DNA from: Candidatus Niyogibacteria bacterium RIFCSPLOWO2_12_FULL_41_13
GTDB taxonomy: Bacteria > Patescibacteriota > Minisyncoccia > 2-12-FULL-41-13
Assembly: GCA_001821615.1 (NCBI GenBank)
Contig: MHMS01000022.1
Span: forward strand, 1-42,847
Direction of reading: 5' to 3'
Length of the DNA: 42,847 nt
Part shown: positions 34,102-41,638 of the stretch, piece after piece
How positions within the stretch are numbered: the first letter of the stretch is position 1
Layout of the letters: each line of letters begins with the position of its first letter
Position numbers and translations under genes: made by a program
Notes under the pieces: generated by a model
Databases searched by the model: none
Seen by the model: only the letters and a program-made list of their open reading frames with translations
Told to the model about the DNA's origin: nothing

Positions 34102-34713
34102 ATGAAGTACTCGAATCTGAACCTTAGAACGATTGAAGCGATAGTGAACAAGCTCGGCGGCATGGACGGCGTGAAGTGTTTTCTGTCAGGCGAGCTTACG
34201 GTTAAGAAGAAGGAGAGAGAATGCATCTTCGCTGTCTGGAAGACCATTAAGCTCGGCACTGGGCTGAAGACCGCCGATAACTTCCGCCGCGCACTCAAAG
34301 CAGAAGGCAATATCATCGGCGACTGGGGGGCGAGCAAGATTCTCGGCAGGAAGGAGTTCACCGTGGCAAAGGAGGAAACCGAAGTGGACCTCGTTGCGGT
34401 GTCTATTGTTGATGATCTCGGCTTCGTGAACGGCGCCACACAGAAGGAGATCTATGAGAAAGCTTTCAAACTTGGTCTGAAGCTTTGCCCCGCCGAAGTC
34501 GGTCCCCAGCTACGATTGCAGTTTAAGAATCAGCCCAAGGGCGAGTGGCTTCTTATTGGTATGGAACCTATCTATGACTCGGATGGCGACCCTTACGTGT
34601 TCTACGTTGGACGCGGCCGTGATGGTCTGTGGTTGGACGGCTATACCGGCGACCCCTACGACTACTGTAACAGCGGCGATAGCTGTTGGGTGTTCGTCCG
34701 TCCTCGCAAGTAG
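34102..34713 (+). CDS. Orphan hypothetical protein (203 aa), G+C-rich, cargo of cassette 2
   Basis: AGGAG lies 6 nt upstream of the ATG at 34102, so the longer ORF from 34000 would run through the leader stem. Two sampled 60-nt lines are about 55% G+C with GC3-rich codons. I recognise no family. Confidence 0.65.
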   Translation: MKYSNLNLRTIEAIVNKLGGMDGVKCFLSGELTVKKKERECIFAVWKTIKLGTGLKTADNFRRALKAEGNIIGDWGASKILGRKEFTVAKEETEVDLVAVSIVDDLGFVNGATQKEIYEKAFKLGLKLCPAEVGPQLRLQFKNQPKGEWLLIGMEPIYDSDGDPYVFYVGRGRDGLWLDGYTGDPYDYCNSGDSCWVFVRPRK

Positions 34714-34769
34714 CACTTAGGACTTTGTTTCTTTGATCTCCTGACCTTTGAAACTGAGTCCTTTGACCT

Positions 34770-34811
34770 CCCCGCATCTTGGCTTCGGCCTTGGCGCGGG
34801 GATTTTCTTTT
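34770..34811 (+). terminator. Intrinsic terminator of the cassette 2 ORF
   Basis: CCCCGC ... GCGGGG stem enclosing GGC-TTCG-GCC, followed by ATTTTCTTTT. Confidence 0.75.
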
Positions 34812-34996
34812 AATAGAATAAAAACGACAGTAGGTGAATATGCGGAAAATCATGGTTTTCCGCTACCGAATCCAGTAGACAAGGAATAGTTTGCCAACTT
34901 ATGGAGATTTAACCTCTATAGTTAATTTTTTGATAATTTGCGGGGTTTACAATAATCCGACTTTTTTTATCCTAGTTTGTTTATAAACCTTACAAT

Positions 34997-35020
34997 CGGC
35001 CAAAACAAAGTTTGATTTAA
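34997..35020 (+). repeat. 24-bp direct-repeat core, orphan copy (attR-like; presumed ancestral comM end)
   Basis: Identical to 32710-32733. Its TAA (35018-35020) overlaps the stop (35017-35019) of the convergent gene. Confidence 0.9.
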
Positions 35021-37248
35021 AGCAGATTATTCACGCTTTCAACGAATTTATCAACTTCCGGCTTTAGTTCCGGCTTTAGTTTTTGCGCTTCTTTGGCGTA
35101 AAAAATCGCCTTGTCTTTGTTTTTTAATTGAGCTTCGGTTTCAGCCGAAAACAACAAAGAATTTATTTGAGTTTCTTTGTCTTTGATTTGAATTGATTCC
35201 CGCAGAGCGATTCTTAAAAACTTTTCCGCTTCTTTCAAATTTCCCTGCTTCAAGCTCTGTCTGCCCCATTTTAAAAATTCCTGGGCCGAGGGCCAAACTC
35301 CAAGCCCGGCGCTCTCTCTGATAACCTGCCAGCTGTTTTCGTATTCGCCGGCCAAAACATAAAAAGTGACAAGAGGGTCGTATAACTGCGGCGAAACGGA
35401 TAAAAATTCAGAAATTTTCTTTCCGGCTTCGCGAGCTTTTCCAATATCCTTTTTTAAAAGATACAGTTCGGCGAGAGCAAGGCGGCTTTGGACATAATTC
35501 GGCCCTATTTCAATCGCCTTTTTGTACGCTGATTCGGATTCATCATAGCCGTTTCCCGCTATCATCGCCCGAATAGCCAAAAGCTTGCCGTAAAAAATCA
35601 GGGGCCTAATGTTTAAAGGGTCGCGCTCGGTTTCTTTTTTCATTTCCAAAATAGAACGGTCAAGCAAAACGCTGAAATATCCTTTATTCAAAACATTGCC
35701 CGAAGCAGAAAGCTGAATCAAAAAATTGCCCAACTGCTCTCTTACTTCGGTCAATCCGAAAGAATTAATATCAAGGGCTTGCTCAAAATTATTGGTTATA
35801 ATTTCCGGAGTCTGTCTCTGGCCCGCGCTTTTTAAAGAAGCAATAATCTTTGATGATTGTTTGAGCGGTTTTAAATTTAAATAAAAAACCAGAAAAATTG
35901 ACATTCCAATCGCTCCAAAAATCAAAACGTATTTAAACGATTCCGGCAGATAAAATTTTATTTCTTGAGCGCGTTCTTTAGCGGTGTAAAAATACAAAAA
36001 TCCAAAAAGCGAGGCTACCAAAAAATAGGTCGCCAAAGAATCAAAAACAAAAAATCCCTGAACAAAATAAGCGGCGAAAAATCCAAAAGCAAGGATAATT
36101 TGGTTATTGTTTAAAATCTTTTCCCGGCGAATTTTCAAGAGCAACAAACCAACGCTAAAAAGAATAAATAAATAAGCAAGAAAGCCCAAAGCCCCCGCCT
36201 CCGCGAGCCACTGCAAAGGAGTATTATGAGTCCTGTCAAACCACGGCTCGTTGCCGTAAAGCCGAGGATTATAATTGCGGGCGAAAGCGTCAATAAAATT
36301 GTCCTGACCCCAGCCGAAAACCGGCTTTTGGGTCCATGATTTAAGAGCCATTTTCCAAATCATAAATCTTGCCTGAACCGTCTGCTCAAAAATTGAAATT
36401 GAAGCGAAGCGATTCAACAGCGGCCTGGATTTTATAAAATCGCTTCCTTGAAAAAAAATCAAAAGAAGAGGAATCAGCAAGGCGGTTAAAAAAATTCCGG
36501 CAAAAATAAACTTTTTTCGCGGCTTTTCCGCCTCAAAAAATTTTAAAAAGAGAATCAAACCAAGGCCGGCTAAAAATCCGAGCATCGCTCCTCTTGTTTC
36601 GGTAAAAAAGAAAATCGGCAATTCAAAAAGAAAAATCGCGCCGTAGGCGATTTTTATTTTCTTGCTTGCGGTTTGTAAATAATAAAAAGCTAAAATAAAA
36701 AAATGAATAAGCAGATAACTCGCCAAATAAATGGGGTTTCCGACAGTTGAAAAAACCCTGCTGTCCGAAGAACCCTGAATCCAGCCGAATTTCTCAAAAT
36801 AACCGTATCCCGCGACAATCAAGCTTACAAAAATTGAAATGTGAAAAAATATGAACCAGTCGCGCGATGTCCTAAAAACCGAAATAAGCATCAAGAAATA
36901 AGCGAGGAGATGCAAATGAAGATTCAATCCTTCCATTCTTTCATAATTAGACCAAAAACTTTTATAAGGATTGGCGCCGAAAATATCGGCTAAAAACAAA
37001 GCAAAAACGAAAATTAAAATCGCGTAAAGCAGGATATTTTTCCGGGGAAGATATTTTGCCGGATTTAAAATCAAAAGTCCCAACCAAAAACCGAATAAAA
37101 TTTCAATCAGAATTCTGAAAAAAAATCCCTTGCCGGTAATGTAAGGGAAAAACATTGAACTGGAAATTATCAAAACCAAAAAAGGCGTTAAAAATAATCC
37201 GCCTTTTACGAGCCAATCAAATGCCGCGATTAAACCTGAATTTCGCAT
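35017..37248 (-). CDS. O-antigen ligase/polymerase-like polytopic membrane protein with a C-terminal TPR domain
   Basis: More than 10 TM helices and a Wzy_C-like loop (RTHNTPLQWLAEAGALGFLAYLF). The C-terminal ~280 aa contain TPR-like repeats. Confidence 0.7.
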   Translation of the reverse strand: MRNSGLIAAFDWLVKGGLFLTPFLVLIISSSMFFPYITGKGFFFRILIEILFGFWLGLLILNPAKYLPRKNILLYAILIFVFALFLADIFGANPYKSFWSNYERMEGLNLHLHLLAYFLMLISVFRTSRDWFIFFHISIFVSLIVAGYGYFEKFGWIQGSSDSRVFSTVGNPIYLASYLLIHFFILAFYYLQTASKKIKIAYGAIFLFELPIFFFTETRGAMLGFLAGLGLILFLKFFEAEKPRKKFIFAGIFLTALLIPLLLIFFQGSDFIKSRPLLNRFASISIFEQTVQARFMIWKMALKSWTQKPVFGWGQDNFIDAFARNYNPRLYGNEPWFDRTHNTPLQWLAEAGALGFLAYLFILFSVGLLLLKIRREKILNNNQIILAFGFFAAYFVQGFFVFDSLATYFLVASLFGFLYFYTAKERAQEIKFYLPESFKYVLIFGAIGMSIFLVFYLNLKPLKQSSKIIASLKSAGQRQTPEIITNNFEQALDINSFGLTEVREQLGNFLIQLSASGNVLNKGYFSVLLDRSILEMKKETERDPLNIRPLIFYGKLLAIRAMIAGNGYDESESAYKKAIEIGPNYVQSRLALAELYLLKKDIGKAREAGKKISEFLSVSPQLYDPLVTFYVLAGEYENSWQVIRESAGLGVWPSAQEFLKWGRQSLKQGNLKEAEKFLRIALRESIQIKDKETQINSLLFSAETEAQLKNKDKAIFYAKEAQKLKPELKPEVDKFVESVNNLL

Positions 37249-37268
37249 TTAAAAATAATAACAAAACG

Positions 37269-38537
37269 CTACAAATAATCCAGAGGATTTAAATAACCTC
37301 CAAGAGGGAGGAACTTGCACCGGCCGCTTGAAGATTCTCCGAATCTTATCGTCCTTGAATCATAAACCGTGAAATGCAAATGCGGGCCGGTGGCGTATCC
37401 GGTCTTGCCGGAATAACCGATAAATCGCCCCCTTAAAACCCGCTCGCCTTTATTAACTTTAATCAAAGAGAGATGGGCGTAAAGAGTCGCCAAATTATTC
37501 TCGTGTTTTATCAATATCCATTTGCCGTATGAACCGCCCGGACAACTCAAATCGGTATTTCCCGTTTCCAAAACTATTCCGTCCTCGGCGCTAAAAACTT
37601 CCGTACCCATTGAAGCGCGAAAATCAACGCCGTTATGAACGCTCTTAAAATAAGCGCCGCTTGATTGCGAAAAAGAAGTCAAACCGAATCCCTGGGTAAC
37701 GGCGACGCTCGCCACGGGATAACCAAGCACGCCCGGGCGCGATTTTGGCAAAGAAGCCGGGTCAATCAATTTCCTGAGCTCTTCTTCAACCGCATCCACT
37801 TCGGCCAATATTTCCTGTTTTTCCTTTTCTTTTTCCGAGAGCAATTTTTGATATTCTTTTTCTTTGTTTTTTGTGATTTTCAAAACAATCTCTTTGTCTT
37901 TTTTGGCGTCCCCTTGGATTATTTTCTTGTCGCTCAATTTGTTTTGATGATTCACCAATTCTTCTTTTTGCCTGGATTTTTCCATTTCTTCTTTTTCCAG
38001 ATTATCCTTGGCTTGCTTCAATTCAACAACCATCAGCCGCATTTTCTCCTGCAAATTTTTTATTTCTTCCAGGCCGTCAAAAAAATCGGAAACAGATTCT
38101 CGGCCCAAAAGAATCTCAACGCTGGAAAAAGAATCCAAATCGTAAATCTCCCTTAAAAATTCCTTCATTATTTCATTCTTTTTTTCAATTTCTCCGCGCG
38201 TTTTTTCTATTTCAATCTCCAACCGTTCCAAAATGAGCAAGGCGGCTTCTATTTGTCCCCGAGTCAAATCAATGTCTTTATTAAGCTTTTTGATTATCAA
38301 ATTAAGGCGGCTGATTTCTCCGCTTAGCGTTTTTGATTCTTTTCCCTTTTTCTCTATCTCGTCCTGATACCTTAAAATTTCTTCCTGTATTGATTTTATT
38401 TTTTGATTTTTCTCTTCTATCGTCTTTTTCAATTCTTCAATTTTTTCAAAATCGGCAAAAACATTTTTCTGGAAAAATGACAGCGATAAAAACGAAAAAA
38501 TAAAAATAATTAAAATTATTCTCCGCATTTTTGCCAA
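37269..38537 (-). CDS. M23-family metallopeptidase with an N-terminal coiled coil (EnvC-like murein hydrolase/activator)
   Basis: Signal/TM segment, a long coiled coil, then M23 motifs HNGVDF and GYSGKTGYATGPHLHF. Confidence 0.8.
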   Translation of the reverse strand: MAKMRRIILIIFIFSFLSLSFFQKNVFADFEKIEELKKTIEEKNQKIKSIQEEILRYQDEIEKKGKESKTLSGEISRLNLIIKKLNKDIDLTRGQIEAALLILERLEIEIEKTRGEIEKKNEIMKEFLREIYDLDSFSSVEILLGRESVSDFFDGLEEIKNLQEKMRLMVVELKQAKDNLEKEEMEKSRQKEELVNHQNKLSDKKIIQGDAKKDKEIVLKITKNKEKEYQKLLSEKEKEKQEILAEVDAVEEELRKLIDPASLPKSRPGVLGYPVASVAVTQGFGLTSFSQSSGAYFKSVHNGVDFRASMGTEVFSAEDGIVLETGNTDLSCPGGSYGKWILIKHENNLATLYAHLSLIKVNKGERVLRGRFIGYSGKTGYATGPHLHFTVYDSRTIRFGESSSGRCKFLPLGGYLNPLDYL

Positions 38538-39622
38538 TTAACGATTATTTCTTGATAGTAATCCTGATGTTTCCCCAAAAATTCCCCCAAATTTTTTCGG
38601 GCGTTGTCAACTATTTTTTTTCTCAATTCTTCTTCGTTTAAAATTCTATCAAGGGCATTGACAAAACCACCCAAATCCCCCGGCTGAACCATCAAGGCGC
38701 TTTCGTTATTCTTTATGATTTCTCCGGCGATTCCGACATCGCTCATCGCGATTGGAAGGCCGAAATAAATCGCCTCAATCAAGCTCATTCCAAATCCTTC
38801 ATACCAGGAGGTCAGAAGAAAAGCATGAGCGCTAAGATAATAAGGAACGAGATTTTTTTGATAACCCTCAAATCTTATTTTAGCTTTTAGCTTGTGGCTT
38901 GCGGCTTGTAGTTCAAGATTTTTCCTTTCCGGGCCGTCTCCGATGATAACCAACCCTGCGTCGGGATTGGTTTTTGAAACTTCGGCGAACGCTTTTATCG
39001 CGAGAGCGATGTTCTTTTCTTTCGCAAGCCGACTTACCATTAAAATCGTTTTTTTAAAACCAAAATCTTTTCGCGAAAAAGACATTCGCGCAAAAGAAAT
39101 GGCGCGCGGATAGCGAATCGTCGGCAAAATGGGGATGAGCGCGATTTTTGAAGAAGAAATTTTCCATTCTTCAATTAAAAATTTTTGAATTCTTTCACTC
39201 ACCACTCTGACGCAAGAAGCTTTTTTGAGCAGAAATTTCGCGAAAAAATACCGAAGCTTGTTTTTAAAAGAATGCTTCCAAAAATAAGGGCTTCCGATAT
39301 CCGTATGAATTTGAGCTTCAAACGGTTTGCCGAGCAAAAAAGCGATTAGGCAATGCTCTATGTCCTGGCAAGCGATTAAATCAACTTTTTCCGTTTTTAA
39401 AATTTTTTGCGCGAGCGATAAAGCCCGAAAAAATCTCAAAAATCCTCCAAAAACAGGAATAATTAAAATTTTATCCGCTCCGGCGGGTAAGGCAGGCAAA
39501 CGATTTGCGATAACTATAACAATCAATTTTTCAACAAGTTCGCCGTACTTTTCTATCCTTTTTCTGACGAAAGAGTCCTTGTCCAAAACCAAAGGGTCGG
39601 AACTTAACATTAAAATTTTCAT
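38516..39622 (-). CDS. Glycosyltransferase family 4 (GT-B fold)
   Basis: C-terminal EX7E-type motif SWYEGFGMSLIEAIYFGLPI. Confidence 0.75.
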   Translation of the reverse strand: MKILMLSSDPLVLDKDSFVRKRIEKYGELVEKLIVIVIANRLPALPAGADKILIIPVFGGFLRFFRALSLAQKILKTEKVDLIACQDIEHCLIAFLLGKPFEAQIHTDIGSPYFWKHSFKNKLRYFFAKFLLKKASCVRVVSERIQKFLIEEWKISSSKIALIPILPTIRYPRAISFARMSFSRKDFGFKKTILMVSRLAKEKNIALAIKAFAEVSKTNPDAGLVIIGDGPERKNLELQAASHKLKAKIRFEGYQKNLVPYYLSAHAFLLTSWYEGFGMSLIEAIYFGLPIAMSDVGIAGEIIKNNESALMVQPGDLGGFVNALDRILNEEELRKKIVDNARKNLGEFLGKHQDYYQEIIVNWQKCGE

Positions 39623-40623
39623 AATTTTTTATAGATATTCAAAAACTCATCGGCGATATCGCTCCAAGAATGAGTAAAGTTGAAATCAGCGACTTTTTCT
39701 TTATATTCATTGTAATTTTCTTCATTGGCTAAAAATAAAATTTTGCTTTTTATGTCCGCCTCGTCAAAAGGGTCAATAAAAACTCCGATGTTTTTTAGTT
39801 TTTCAACCAAGCCGCAATTTTTCGTCAAAATAAAAGGCTTGTTGGCGCTCAATCCTTCCATTATAAAATTGGGAGCGAAATCGCCGATTGAAGGAACAAT
39901 CAAAGCGTAAGAATGGCTTATTTTTTGCTTTAATTCATCTTGAGAAAGATTATCAATGATTTCAAGGACAATGCTCTCGCCTTGTTTTTTAAACTCGTCA
40001 AAAATCTCTTTAATAAGGTTTATATTTTTAAATTTTATTTTCCGGCCGGCAAACAAAAAGTTTTTTTCTCTTGGTTCATAGCTTTCGGTTTTTTCACCGT
40101 AAAAATTTTCAACAACAAAAGTCTTTTTGGGATTCAACCCGTAAACTTTCTCAAAAAAATCTTTCTGCCATAGGCTGTTAAAAACGATTGCCGAGGAATT
40201 GAGAAGGGTGAATTCTTGAAAAGAAAAAATAATTTTATGTTTTAACGGCAAAGCCGGCATTTTTTCATAGAAGTCCTTAAGAGTTATCATCTTTCCGGTT
40301 TTTTCAACATAGGTTTCCCACAAAAAATCTCCGCCAACCCGAAGAATTATTTTTTTGTTAAAAATTTTAGCCGCCAATACCGCGGGAAAACCGGTAGAAA
40401 ACACATCAAGAGCGATTATAAAATCTGTTTTAGGAAGACTCATAATAACTCTTAAAAAATAAAAGATGTGGCGGATAACCGGCGGGAGTTTTTTCTCTAA
40501 CTTATAAGCCAGAACTTTTATTTCAAAGCTACGGCTTTGAAACTCTTTATGCAGATTTTCCGCGTATTTTGCCGGACCGCCTACATCCGGCGGAAAAATC
40601 CCAGTGGCAATCAAAATTTTCAT
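39619..40623 (-). CDS. Glycosyltransferase (GT-B fold, family 4-like)
   Basis: N-terminal MKILIATGIFPPDVGGPAKY and C-terminal SIGDFAPNFIMEGLSANKPFI. It overlaps the downstream GT gene by 4 nt. Confidence 0.7.
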   Translation of the reverse strand: MKILIATGIFPPDVGGPAKYAENLHKEFQSRSFEIKVLAYKLEKKLPPVIRHIFYFLRVIMSLPKTDFIIALDVFSTGFPAVLAAKIFNKKIILRVGGDFLWETYVEKTGKMITLKDFYEKMPALPLKHKIIFSFQEFTLLNSSAIVFNSLWQKDFFEKVYGLNPKKTFVVENFYGEKTESYEPREKNFLFAGRKIKFKNINLIKEIFDEFKKQGESIVLEIIDNLSQDELKQKISHSYALIVPSIGDFAPNFIMEGLSANKPFILTKNCGLVEKLKNIGVFIDPFDEADIKSKILFLANEENYNEYKEKVADFNFTHSWSDIADEFLNIYKKL

Positions 40624-40657
40624 AACTATTCCAATATTCTTAAGAATTTGAGAATAG
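40624..40657. promoter_or_regulatory. Imperfect copy of the ArsR-associated palindrome, between the arsR-like stop and the glycosyltransferase start
   Basis: The first 24 nt (AACTATTCCAATATTCTTAAGAAT) are identical to 40965-40988. The second arm is degenerate (TTGAGAATAG versus ATTGGAATAG). Confidence 0.6.
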
Positions 40658-40904
40658 ATTGGCCCCGTTCGGTCAATTTATGACGGACATTGTTGCCTTC
40701 CGATCTTTTAATCAGCAAACCGGAAATTGCCAATCTCCTTAAATGTTCGGAAGCGGTTTTGAAATTTATATTTAAAACATCGGATATCTCTTCAACCGAA
40801 AGCTCTGGTCTTTGTTTCAGCAATTCCATTATTTCAATTCTTCGGTGATTGGCAAATCCCTTTACAATTCTTTCAAGTTGTCTATTTGTTTTATTTTCCG
40901 CCAT
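40626..40904 (-). CDS. ArsR/SmtB-family winged-helix transcriptional regulator
   Basis: 92 aa; HTH VEEISDVLNINFKTASEHLRRLAISGLL. Confidence 0.75.
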   Translation of the reverse strand: MAENKTNRQLERIVKGFANHRRIEIMELLKQRPELSVEEISDVLNINFKTASEHLRRLAISGLLIKRSEGNNVRHKLTERGQSILKFLRILE

Positions 40905-40964
40905 ATTTATTCCGATGAATAATTGTTTTAATTTATCTTATTTTGAATTATAGCGCATCATTTT

Positions 40965-41000
40965 AACTATTCCAATATTCTTAAGAATATTGGAATAGTT
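40965..41000. promoter_or_regulatory. Perfect 36-bp palindrome (candidate operator) overlapping the -35 of the arsR-like promoter
   Basis: AACTATTCCAATATTCTT|AAGAATATTGGAATAGTT. On the minus strand, TTGGAA (40970-40975) is followed after 17 nt by TATAAT (40947-40952), upstream of the ATG at 40904. Confidence 0.65.
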
Positions 41001-41056
41001 TATATTTAATTTCAAAACATTTTTTAAAATATAATTTTGTTTTCCAACAAATCGTT

Positions 41057-41638
41057 CTAATCTAAACCCAAATCGTCTTTTAATGTATATTCTCCAATCT
41101 TTCTTATTTCGTCTATCAAATGATTCTTTAATCTTTTATTTTGCCGCCAATTTTTGATTTGGTGGTTCGGGGTTTCAACTAACTGTAAAATATATTTTGT
41201 TTGTTTAGATAAATTCTTACCAAGAGTCATAATGGCCCGCCGGCCGTGAAATACCTTGTGAATAACTATTATTTTGAGAGGAATTTTTTTAAAATGCGAT
41301 AAAATAATTTTTTTTGAAAAAACAACATTCTCTTTCATATTGCTAGAAAATTTCTCTATCAAAATTCTTTCTTTGGGGACGCCTAATTTTATTAAGCGTT
41401 GTAAATGCCATTCAGCCTCGGTAATATCTTTAAAAATTTTATCATAGGTTTTGGGAGATCGGGCTTTCCCGCCGGCAATTAAAATATATTCGCAGTGTCT
41501 TTTCTTAAATAGTTTTGCCGCTATATTGGAAAGTTCCGGCCTTGGAAATCTAAAACAAAAACATAAATCAGCTTTTTCTATTTTATCACTTTTAATTATA
41601 AGAAAATCTTCAATGGCTTTTATTGTTGATTTATTCAT
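41057..41638 (-). CDS. DUF218/YdcF-family protein
   Basis: The pattern IAGGKARS...TEAEWHLQRLIKLGVPKERILIEKFSSNMKENV...VIHKVFHGRRA matches the YdcF/SanA-like fold family. Confidence 0.65.
   Translation of the reverse strand: MNKSTIKAIEDFLIIKSDKIEKADLCFCFRFPRPELSNIAAKLFKKRHCEYILIAGGKARSPKTYDKIFKDITEAEWHLQRLIKLGVPKERILIEKFSSNMKENVVFSKKIILSHFKKIPLKIIVIHKVFHGRRAIMTLGKNLSKQTKYILQLVETPNHQIKNWRQNKRLKNHLIDEIRKIGEYTLKDDLGLD

Larger units (their letters stand above)
33784..34996 (+). mobile_element. Cassette 2 at the comM 3' end: conserved module, consensus promoter, structured leader, G+C-rich ORF, terminator; no recombinase
   Basis: Bounded by the diverged comM end (33706-33783) and the orphan 24-bp core (34997-35020). 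The ORF composition is foreign to the contig. Confidence 0.45.

Noticed and set aside
32929-34842. Shared 11-mer AGGTGAATATG at the cassette 1 start (32929-32939) and in the tail of cassette 2 (34832-34842), as a possible remnant of a third cassette
   Set aside because: An 11-nt match is expected by chance many times in a 43-kb window. The similarity does not extend on either side, and the downstream ORF there is only 12 codons.
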